59,554 nt of DNA from contig NW_021832577.1 of NCBI RefSeq assembly GCF_006345805.1, positions 1 to 59,554 of the forward strand, given 5' to 3'. The notes under the pieces are model-generated. The model did not search any database and had not been told where the DNA came from. It worked only from the letters and a program-made list of their open reading frames with translations. Origin of the DNA: Octopus sinensis (lineage: Eukaryota). Position 1 is the first letter of the stretch. Every line of letters begins with the position of its first letter. The translations under genes were made by a program, and so were the position numbers. This document shows, piece after piece, positions 1 to 10,350 of the stretch.

Positions 1-705
1 ATTAATTCTTTTTTTTTTTGCGGCTTGTTCAAAGGAGGTATATTATCCATTATCATCTCTCGGGTTGCCAGAATTATAACAGTGGGAAGGAAGCATGTCA
101 TGGACATTGGTGGCTGCAGAAGAGAGCATTGCACCGACAGATCCAGTTATTCAAATGCCGTTGAGTTCTTATGCTTGTCATAGAATACATTGAAGTCAAC
201 GCACCCAAGTGCCAGATGGTGCTTAGATCGGTATAATGATTATGCATCGGTTTAAATGCGTATTATATTCATACGAGAATTGAGCATATGCATATACGAC
301 TGGAATGTCAATTTATGATTGGTCTATTCCTGGCGCTAGCGGAATGCTTCACAGCCGTCACATTCAGTCAATAATGTTTGTATAGGTTTTGAATAACCAG
401 GCTGGCAAAACCTTTTGGGAGTTAATACAGGAGACTCTATAAAGGCGCTCGGCCCGTTACAAAAATAGCAGCTACATATCATTGAAATTGTAACTTGCCA
501 TTTCAAAGATAGGAGGAAATATTGGATCATATAGTTACGTATAAACACACACACATACAGACAGACACAGAAACACACACAGACATAAAACACACACACA
601 CACACGTACACTCATATTAATAGACAGAAGGATAGACAGATATGCATATATATTTATATATATATATAAATATGTATATATATACATACATATATGTATT
701 ATATG

Positions 706-758
<53 letters not shown>

Positions 759-1129
759 TATATATATATATAGATATATATATATATATATATTATAAAT
801 CATACATGGGTATCTACGAGATACTACCATGCTGAAAATAGCAGCCATGGTCCGAGACTAAAATCACCTTGAGTTTTCATATAACTTGATAAGTTCGTTA
901 TTTTATTTTAAATTACCGATCTTATCATTATTTATATTTATATATATATAAATATAAATATATATATATAGTTAGGGTATATTCTATTAAGAATGTAGCA
1001 GAGTGCAGTACAACTCTTGTCCTCCTTCAGATTTCAACTGGTGCTATCTAGCAGTAGTATTATACGTACTAAGAGATTTGCTTTGATGTTTCTGCAGTAT
1101 CTGAATGGATAATTGACTCTATATAGTTG

Positions 1130-1167
<38 letters not shown>

Positions 1168-1169
<2 letters not shown>

Positions 1170-1417
1170 AGCACTCCGTCGGTTGACGCGCAAGTGACTG
1201 TCACGTGTACCCCTAACTTAGTTCTCAGGGAGATTCAGCGTGACACAGGATGTGACAAGGCTGGCTCCTTTGAAATACAGGTACAACTCATTTTTGCCAG
1301 CTGAGTGGACTGGAGCAACGTGAAATAAAGTGTCTTGCTCAAGGACACAACGCGTCGCCGGGAATTGAACCTCACGACCTTTCATTCGTGAGACGAATGC
1401 CCTAACCACTAAGCCAC
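1168..1417 (-). mobile_element. tRNA-derived SINE with CORE-like central domain (internally shortened)
   Basis: The minus strand reads gtggcttagtggttagggcattcg...gaggttcaattcccggcg (A/B-box tRNA head), then tgtgtccttgagcaagacactttatttcacgttgctccagtccactcagctggcaaaaatgag (CORE-like), and ends in aaccgacggagtgctcc. Related pieces lie at 20111 and 43800-44070. Confidence 0.85.
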
Positions 1418-3011
1418 GTGTATATATATATATATGAAAACATGTAACTAAATATACGCATACATACATGTGTGCATTTATATAGATATATAGCTAGGTA
1501 TGTAGTTATTAGAAATATTGCATTTACAGTCTTCTGGGGCGAAGATCTCGTTGCCACAAGTCACGCAACTGAAGACTAGAAGACTACATTAACTTAACTT
1601 CCTTTTGAATTGGTGAAAATATTTGCCATAATTTTTTAAGATGTTAGACTGTATAGCAGAAGCTAAACGGAGGTAAATATTTCACGAGTTCTACTAATCA
1701 AAATAAATATTTGTAGAATTAAACGTAATAACAACATCTGAGTGTATTTATTCATTGGCAATTTAAATCATGATTTATAGAAGGGTAGCAGATAAGGATC
1801 TCCTAAAGACTTCGTTAAAATGAATTATATTCGCGGCAGATGTCGGTGAGTTTAGAGTAAAATATATCAACGCTACCAACACCACAGAATACTACGCATG
1901 AAAGGAAAAAAATAATAATGAGCAGAAAATATAAAGTAGAAACAATAGTAGACAGAATTGGTTCTGGAGAACGTCTATGGTGAATAGAAGACTTTAACCA
2001 AATATAATTCCCATAATTATCGTGGTACAAAGTATTAATTGTGTCACGACGGTTCCGAAACTACATACTGTAAACTGTTTGATAGTATAAATAAATAAAT
2101 TCAAAAACGACTATTGTCCCATTAAGTTAGTAAAACAACATCAATACACACATTATACAGAAATGAAACCAAAAAAAAAAATCATAAGAATTTTTTTTTT
2201 TATATATTCTACTTTTTAAGATTATCCGAAATTTCTTTACGACTAGAATAAACTTCTCGTAAAAAAACACGGCAGAAACCTATTGTTAACTGTAAGGAGA
2301 AGAATAAAAAAAAATCAACTTGTTCTTAATGGTGGTGGGAGAGACGGGGGCAATAGCTAGAATTGTAATACAACAAAAGAAGACTATAAAGCTATCGAAC
2401 ATTAAAGATCGATATTAAAAATATCGAATAACTATTTTTCACCGAGAAAACTTGAAAGGAGAAATTCTAAAATACTTATAGAATGATAAGTATCTCCAAA
2501 CACCACATAAATATACGAACTTAGCCAAAATAACTGAGGGTATATATAAGAAAGTGCGACTTCTAACTAGCATTGAATATTATTAAAGACTCAACGATTC
2601 CGGTAATAACATTAAGAATCGACAGTCAAAATCAATAAGTTATTACGAACTGCAAGAATGGGAGTCTACGAGGTCACTTGATGTGCTAAAATTAACAGCT
2701 AAATCTCCTTTAGCTTCAATCAAATTCGATGCAACCCTCTTAAAACTGGAAAGCTATGCAGAATAAAGTAACCTGAAATATAACGTAACTATAATATAAC
2801 TAAAAGCAAGTCGAGTGATTGTTTCAAAGTTTGTCCGTCGATAAGAGTTCGATATAAAGGTCAATATATTAACGCTTGTCTCTTTCTATAAATGAAGACT
2901 GTGCGGTTCTATCTCACGCCACTGTGTAATCGCAGTTATTAGAGTGATGAGAAGCGGATCAAACCGTGGATTTCGGAGCAGCTGGCAGCGTCTCCTGACG
3001 GCAAATATTAA

Positions 3012-3210
3012 CGGCAGAATCGTTAGCGTATCGAGCAAAATGGTTAACGGCTTTTCGTCTCTCCGTATGTTCTGAGTTCAAATTCCATCGAGGTTGACTT
3101 CGTCTTTCATCACCTCGGGCTCGATAAAAAAAGGTGTCAGCCGATCACTGGTGTCAATATAATAGACTAAACCCTTTCCTGAAACTGTTGGCCTTGTGAA
3201 CAAAATGAAA
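3012..3210 (+). mobile_element. Degenerate OK-type SINE
   Basis: ggcagaatcgttagcg...gttctgagttcaaattccatcgaggttgacttcgtctttcatc aligns by eye with the better-preserved copies at 4129 and 22177. Confidence 0.8.
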
Positions 3211-4128
3211 CCAATATTAATCCGTATATTTTCGTTGAAAAATATCTAATTACGAGCAGAACGCCCCCCCCCCGTCCAATGGACGGTGCTGAGTTGTCGA
3301 ACATTTAAACCAAATTTTCTCAAAACAACTCGTCCGAACGTTCCATAGACCTCCCCTTTGAGAAACACGATTTAACCTAAATTTGAGACACCAGGAGAAG
3401 AAGAAATGTAGATATACTTATTTCTATTCCAAGAAAAACGATTTTATAAATGCACGTTCCCACAACTTTATCGATCATATTCTCACCTGGTATCGATTTT
3501 TGTAATTTTTACAAGACTTATACACGCCCTGATATCGTCAGTATCTACATATCAAATGTGAGCGCAATTGGATGGAGGATACCTGAGATCATACAAGACA
3601 AACACACACAGAACGGATTTTATATGAATTATATAGAAGAGAAAGATTGAACGTTTTGCACAAGTTGGCTTATTTCAGGTATATAAAAAAAACAGCAACA
3701 ATAATCAAAGAAAACAGGGAGAATAATACCAAGACAAACGGAAAAGTAATCGTTGTTCACTTTCCTAGGATCCTGCTACGGCTCATAACAAAAGAGGAGC
3801 CAGTCCCACGATAAATGGCGCTCTTATTTTCATCAAATCATACGCTGCCTGAAATATTTAGAAAAATGACACTGATTAAACAGAACACCAAAGAAGGTAC
3901 CAGAACCAGTATTGAACTCGCTAAGTAAGAAATAACATTTCAATATGTCACCCACACAGCCAAAAGATGACCAGAGGTCAGTCGTGAAAGAGTAATGATT
4001 GCTAACCTAAATCATGTTTCCACTATATCATTAAGGTGCTTTTGTAGTCGTGACTAGACATAGACTGGTTCTCCACTCTTCCATATTTTCACCCAGCATT
4101 TTAAGGAAGATATAACAGCTGGGGAAAA

Positions 4129-4546
4129 GGCGGCGAGCTGGCAGAATCGTTAGCACGCCGGGCGAAATGCGTAGCCGTATTTCGTCTGCCGTTTCGTTCT
4201 GAGTTCAAATTCCGCCGAGGTCGACCTTGCCTTTCATCCTTTCAGCGTCGATTAAATAAGTACCAGTTAATCACTGGGGTCGATGTAATCGACTTAATCC
4301 CCTTGTCTGTCCTTGTTTGTCCTCTCTATGTTTAGCCCTGTGGGTAGGATAGTAAAGAAATAGGTATTTCGTCTGCCGCTACGTTCTGAGTTCAAATTCC
4401 ACTGAGGTCGACTTTGCCTTTCATCCTTTCGGGGTCGATTAAATAAGTACCATTTAATCACTGGGGCCGATGTAATCGACTCAATCTGTTTGTCTGTACT
4501 TGTTTGTCCCCTCTGTGTTTAGCCCCTTGTGGGTAGTAAAGAAATA
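4129..4546 (+). mobile_element. OK-type SINE dimer (head + 2 body units), Meta-domain-like
   Basis: Head ggcggcgagctggcagaatcgttagcacgccgggcgaaatg; B-box-like gagttcaaattcc; gcctttcatcctttcggggtcgattaaataagtacc resembles the MetaSINE domain. The second unit starts at aaatag|gtatttcgtctgcc (~4363). Imperfect TSD tataacagctggggaa / tataaaagctaggggaa. Confidence 0.93.
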
Positions 4547-5105
4547 TATAAAAGCTAGGGGAAGAGAGAGCTGCATCAGAAATAATTATCGAGATCAAGG
4601 CACAAAGACAGATATAGTGATACTTACCAGCAAGAATCGTGAAACCAAAAGGTAATTCAAAGGAATGAATAGACCAGAGTAACCTGAGACGAAGTATCTT
4701 ACTGAAGAACATAAAGCAACGCGCAGCCCATGAAACTGAATCTACGATAGAATGTTCAGGAAACGAACGTGCTAACTACTTGACTGCGTGAATTGACGAC
4801 AAGGTCGTTCCATGTCAAACGAATGCACTAGATATATGAAGCTACTTGTTGTGTTATATAAAAGAATAAACATTTATTTCTCGTTAAAAAAATAAACATT
4901 ATCGGGATGAAACCACAAAGACAGAGACCTACTAATTCTTATCAGCGAGAATCGTGAAATGAAAAGGTCATTCGACGCAAACAGTCTGCGCAAAGCAACT
5001 CAGTAAATATTTTTCTCATTCCTACCAATGGCACCTCGTCACTTACCCTCACCAACTTCCGCTACTCACACTGAGGAGACAACAACCACTTATTTTTTTC
5101 TGTTT

Positions 5106-5137
<32 letters not shown>

Positions 5138-5378
5138 ACCACACACATGCATATTTATTATATGTTTTATATATATATATATAACATATGTATATACGCA
5201 CATATATACATATATATATATATGCAAACACACATATGTACATGTATATATATATGTATGTATATAGTGTAAATATATTATATATATATATAGATAATAT
5301 AATATAATATGCCTAAATATATACATATATTATTACATGTATATATCTACACATATATATGTATATATATATATGCAA

Positions 5379-5409
<31 letters not shown>

Positions 5410-5458
5410 ATATAATATATATATGTATATATATATATAAATATATATACACCATATA

Positions 5459-5494
<36 letters not shown>

Positions 5495-5915
5495 TGTATG
5501 TATGTATGTATATCCTAAAGTCACTGGAATCATCTGAAACCGTATTGTAAGAGACAGAAAAATATGTTCCTGTTCTTGTAAACATCTAAACATCTATTTC
5601 TTTGTGCAGCGAGTCTTGTTTACACCACAGCAAATCTGGTGACATTCTTTGGTGACCCAACCTGCAGGAGATAGCAATGTAGCTCTGTTTAAAACCACAC
5701 CATGCAGCCTCAACTATGGCACTTTGCATAATATAAGCCTATGTTCTCTGTATTTAGAGAGAAAAAGGAAAAGATGAATGCGCCTGGTACTTTTCAACCA
5801 TAGGTCACTGCATCAGAGCTGGTCTTGGGTTAAATAGCAAGTATGAGAACAACTAATCTGGTTATATACCAACATAAACCATATATAGAAGCACACACAT
5901 TTATATATACATACA

Positions 5916-6335
5916 CGCAGGAGTGGCTGTGTGGTAAGTAGCATGCTAACCGACCACATGGTTCCGGGTTCAGTCCCACTGCGTGGCATCTTGGGCAAGT
6001 GTCTTTTGCTATAGCCCCGGGCCGAACAATGCCTTGTGAGTGGATTTGATAGACGGAAACTGAAAGAAGTCTGTCGTATATATGTGTATATATATATGTG
6101 TGTGTATGTGTGTGTGTTTGTGTGTCTGTGTTTGTCCCCCTAGCATTGCTTGACAACCGATGCTGGTGCGTTTACCTGCCCGTCACATAACGGTTCCGCA
6201 AAAGGGACCGATAGAATAAGTATTGGGCTTACAAAGAATAAGTCCCCGGGTCGATTTGCTCGACTAAAGGCAGTGCTGCAGCATGGCCGCAGTCAAATGA
6301 CTGAAACAAGTAAAAGAGTAAAAGAGTAAAGAGAG
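5916..6335 (+). mobile_element. OR-type (OR2-like, CORE) SINE
   Basis: gcaggagtggctgtgtggtaag...ggttccgggttcagtcccactgcgtggcatcttgggcaagtgtc, an internal TA/TG microsatellite, and the tail cagcatggccgcagtcaaatgactgaaacaagtaaaagag. About 10 related copies are in the window. Confidence 0.92.
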
Positions 6336-6341
6336 TATATA

Positions 6342-6378
<37 letters not shown>

Positions 6379-6410
6379 TGTGTGCGTGTGTGTGTGTGTA
6401 TGTATGTCAT

Positions 6411-6510
6411 TATTAGTTTTACTTCAAGGTTTTTTGCCAATAGAGAAAGAGCTGGTTTCTAACCCAGATTCAAAGACCCTTCATTGGGTTTTCAACATCA
6501 ACAACAGGGT
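6411..6510 (-). repeat. Short interspersed repeat, unclassified (second copy 32667-32765 on +)
   Basis: ttgccaatagagaaagagctggtttctaacccagattcaa is the reverse complement of ttgaatctaggttagaaaccggctctttctctattggcaa at ~32705. Confidence 0.75.
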
Positions 6511-7285
6511 ATTTATTGTTTTTATGTATGTATATGTGTAGATATGTATGTTTTGCTTTATGTATATATTCTCATGCACATAGTAGCATATCTAGACGTG
6601 CTCACATATATTCAAATAATAAACTTCTGGAAAGTTTTACAGATTTTTACAGTTCCAGTGATGGAATGTATGTATGTATGTTTCTATGTATGTATGTATG
6701 CATGTATGTATATGTGTATGTATGTATGCGCATGTTGGGGTGCTTTAAAATCTGTTAATACTGAGTGGATATATGGGATATAAAGAGATGGAAAGAGACC
6801 ATTTTTACACTTATATTTTAATATTTCGGAGTTAAAACTCCTTCATGAAAACAAAACGGAGGGTGGTGACGAGCATGCAACTATTTTATGCAAAGATACA
6901 GAAGATTTTAGCATATTTATATGCATACAGGTATATCCGTAGATGGTACATACATCAGAGAATAAATAGCGTGATACAGATCATCTCCAGCACAATCTTA
7001 CATTCCTGTATAAAATACCAAACTCAGACATACTATTGTTATTGCAGTATACTACCTCCAGTTCCAACACAATTCATATTTCATATCTGTGGCTGATATT
7101 GGAAAAGGAAAACAACATTTTTTGTTTGTTTTTTTAATCATTTGAGAGAAGTACGTCCAATATTTTTCGATAAGTCTGCTTGGCGCGGTTTTAATCTAAA
7201 AATACACACCTAAATATTACATTAATAGAATTACTTTATTGATAAAACACCTTTCACGTTGTGTGTTTCTATGGAAGAGAAAAAC

Positions 7286-7324
<39 letters not shown>

Positions 7325-7768
7325 CAAATGAATGAGTTCGTACTCTTAGTGTTCGCATTGTCTGTACGTGCGGCGAGCATCATAAATAATAACAATAAAA
7401 AAAACCCATTATAATAAGTAATAAATATATGATAAATAAAGGTATAGGAAGTGTTACCGCAAATAACAAATGGATGGAAGTCAAATGATTTGTTATGAAA
7501 CAAACAGTGTATGTCAAATAAGTGTCTTGTTCCGTTCTAATCGAAGAAGGATATAGAGAGATATAATAGATATTGAGTGCAGCATATAACCTGTTTGATA
7601 TCCTCTTGTGTTTTTGTTATTTGCTTCCGTTCGCTTTCTTCTGAATATGTTTTTCTATTTGTGGATTGATATATGCTTTATATGCGACATCTCTACATCT
7701 ATCAATCCGGCTCTACCAATATTTATATCTATTTAAATACGGTTGTGCGCGTGCACACACACACACAC

Positions 7769-7816
<48 letters not shown>

Positions 7817-8760
7817 ATATGTGCCTGCGTGTGTGAGTGTGTGTGTGTGTATATATATAAATATGTATATATATATATATATATATATGTATATGTATAT
7901 ATATATATATGTGTGTGTGTGTATATCTATCTATCTATCTATCTTTCTATATATGTATATATGTATATATATATGCACATATGTATATGTGTGTATCTAT
8001 GTGTATCAGTATAAAGTGAGGGAAAATGGCTAGAAGTGTGCTGGAATAACAAAAGAGGTTCCCTCCATCAATTCAGGAAAGTAAGCAACAGCACAAAAAC
8101 GATACCAAAAAGAACGACAAAAATATTCTTTGATATATTTGAAAAGGCCGATTTTCTTCAAATCAGATAAATCGATTTAGCTAGAAGAGATTAAGAAAGC
8201 CAGTTCATAAATTTTAAAAAGTTGTGTATCATGAAAAGGTTAACTGATTTTACCGTTATTATATCTCATTATCTAATCAATAAAACGCGAAGAGTCTGCA
8301 GAGCCATGTAACACGACGGCAAAGCGCGTGGCTTCAATTCGTCCGCTTCTATGGTTTGAGTTCGTATTCCACCGAGGACATCTTTGCCTTTCATGCTTTC
8401 GGGGTCGATAAAATATGGTGCCATTTGAGCACGAGGCCCTTCTTCCCAAGGTGTCAGACCTTCTCTACTATTGAAAAATGTTTAAAGAGAAAAAAAATAA
8501 TAATCGGAAATCGGAAGTGTCTTCACAGTTTCTTTTTTTAAACCCGTTAAAAGAAATGATAACCGCCTAGAAGGTACGATTTTAACATTATTGATATGCT
8601 TTTATGAGATTTGTAGAACATTTCTTTTCAGGGTGTGTTTAGTGTAAGCGCTCTGACGAAACGGATTTGCCGCGGGGTCAGTGTTTTGGGTAGACTGTCT
8701 CGTGTGTCATATTCTTATTTTTACATTTGACGGATATTTCTCCTCATCTTGTTTGTTGTT

Positions 8761-8806
8761 AACACAACGTTTCGGCTGATATACACTCCAGCCTTCATCA
8801 GGTGTC
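8761..8806 (-). ncRNA. Minimal type-I hammerhead ribozyme motif (core intact)
   Basis: Minus strand: GACAC CUGAUGA A GGCUG [GAGUGUAUAU] CAGCC GAAAC GUU GUGUU. Stem I GACAC/GUGUU, stem II 5 bp, palindromic ACGU in place of stem III, GUU cleavage triplet. Confidence 0.8.
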
Positions 8807-8947
8807 TTGGGGAAATTTCGAACCTGGGCTACTAACCCCAAGATTCTGAATTCGATTCCAGGCAGTGACCTGAATAATAATAATGATAATAAAAATAACA
8901 TCGAAAAATACCTTAGGAATGAGTACCCAGGTTCGAAAATTCCTCAA

Positions 8948-8993
8948 GATACCTGATAAAGGCTGGAGGGTATATCAGCCGAAACGTTGTGTT
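8948..8993 (+). ncRNA. Minimal type-I hammerhead motif with G8A core mutation (likely inactive)
   Basis: GAUAC CUGAUAA A GGCUG [GAGGGUAUAU] CAGCC GAAAC GUU GUGUU; CUGAUAA replaces CUGAUGA. Confidence 0.75.
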
Positions 8994-9994
8994 AACAACA
9001 AACAAGATGAGGACAAATATCCGTCATATGTAAATAATGTAACTAATGTTCTTATTCCCACTTTCAGAAATTCCGAGTACATGAAAAAGTATTGATCGAA
9101 TGAGTAATCTGTTAGGTGATGCTCTTGCCGTTTCAGCCTTGCTTCGGTGCGATCTAGCAGTAATGATTACGACCATCAAAATCCGAGACGTTGAAGTCGG
9201 AAATGAAGGCATATACGTTGTAATATACTCTATTTTGTAAGCTCAGAAGTGGAACGCCGTAGGTCTATACATCCTAATTCCATATCCATTTCTGCTCAAA
9301 ACGCATTGGACAGATTAGGACGTTTGACAAACCACCTGCCCCAAAACACCATGCACTCGGAATGAGCCTGAAATCTCGTGTTTGCGAAGCAGACATTTTA
9401 ACCAGATAGCCATGGCTATTTTTCAACATTTCCTATATATTTCAAACGTACCACGTATTAGAAATTATACACAAATGTATTAAATATAATAATATACTCT
9501 GTTGAAGTATAACTGAAGTAGTATATTCGAATAAGCAACATGTCTAGAAGGAAAGGAGATTTAATGGGATTTTCTCGGAAATTGGTTGGTCATTAAAAAC
9601 CTATATTTATGGTCCGCTGCGTCTGTCGCTATTTAGATTAACATTTAATAGTTCGAAATGAAGTCATCTCACTGCGATTCTAATTATTTCTGCTATGATT
9701 GTCATAAAAGTGCAGGAAAGAATAGGACCAACCAAGTAGCCTTTCACTTTACAACACTCTGAGATTTTTACGAAAATTGTGCATCATTCGAAAAATTCTA
9801 AACAGTTTACGTATTTCAACGGGTCTATCTATCTATCTAGCTAGCTAGCTGACTCTCTATGTGACTCACTCTCTGTTTTCACATTGTCCAGATTGTCCAC
9901 AAATCTCAACTGATTAAACTTTGTAATTAGAATCATTACACCTCAGCCACTTGGCCTTGCATTAGTAAAGCCGTTTGTACACATATTGGACTAT

Positions 9995-10350
9995 TACGTG
10001 TGGTAAGAAGTTTGCTTTCCAACTACATGGTTCCGGGTTCAGTACCACTGCGTGGCACCTTGGGCAAGTGTCTTCCACTATAGCATCTGGAAGTTGATAA
10101 AGCCCGATTTATATGTGTATATTTATGTATGTGTGTCTTTGTGCTGTGTTTGCCTTTCCACCATCACTTGACAACCGATATCGGTGCGTTTACGTCTCGT
10201 AACTTGGCAGTTCGGCAAAAGAGACCGATAGAATAAGTACTAGGTTTACAAAGAATAATTCGCAGGGTCTAGTTCTTCGACTAAAGCCCTCTAAGGTGGT
10301 GCACCAGCATGGTCGCAGTCAAAATGAATGAAACAAATAAAAGAAAAAGA
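9995..10350 (+). mobile_element. OR-type SINE
   Basis: gtgtggtaagaagtttgct...ggttccgggttcagtaccactgcgtggcaccttgggcaagtgtc...ccagcatggtcgcagtcaaaatgaatgaaacaaataaaag. Confidence 0.9.

Larger units (their letters stand above)
8721..9048. mobile_element. Hammerhead-bearing Penelope-like non-autonomous element, locus A (inverted arms)
   Basis: 8721-8828 is the near-perfect reverse complement of 8926-9033. The spacer holds a tRNA-like remnant (8827-8870) and an (AAT)n linker. The 3' tail is aatgtaaat-like repeats. Confidence 0.85.

Noticed and set aside
8827-8870. tRNA gene calls for SINE heads (also 1330-1417, 20111-20180, 30806-30880, 53743-53820)
   Set aside because: They lack complete cloverleafs and continue into SINE bodies; they are tRNA-derived heads, not tRNA genes.
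9100-9240. 46-aa ORF containing IKIRDVEVGNEGIYVV, reminiscent of the Ig DxGxYxC motif
   Set aside because: The invariant Asp and Cys are absent, and there is no usable splice donor.
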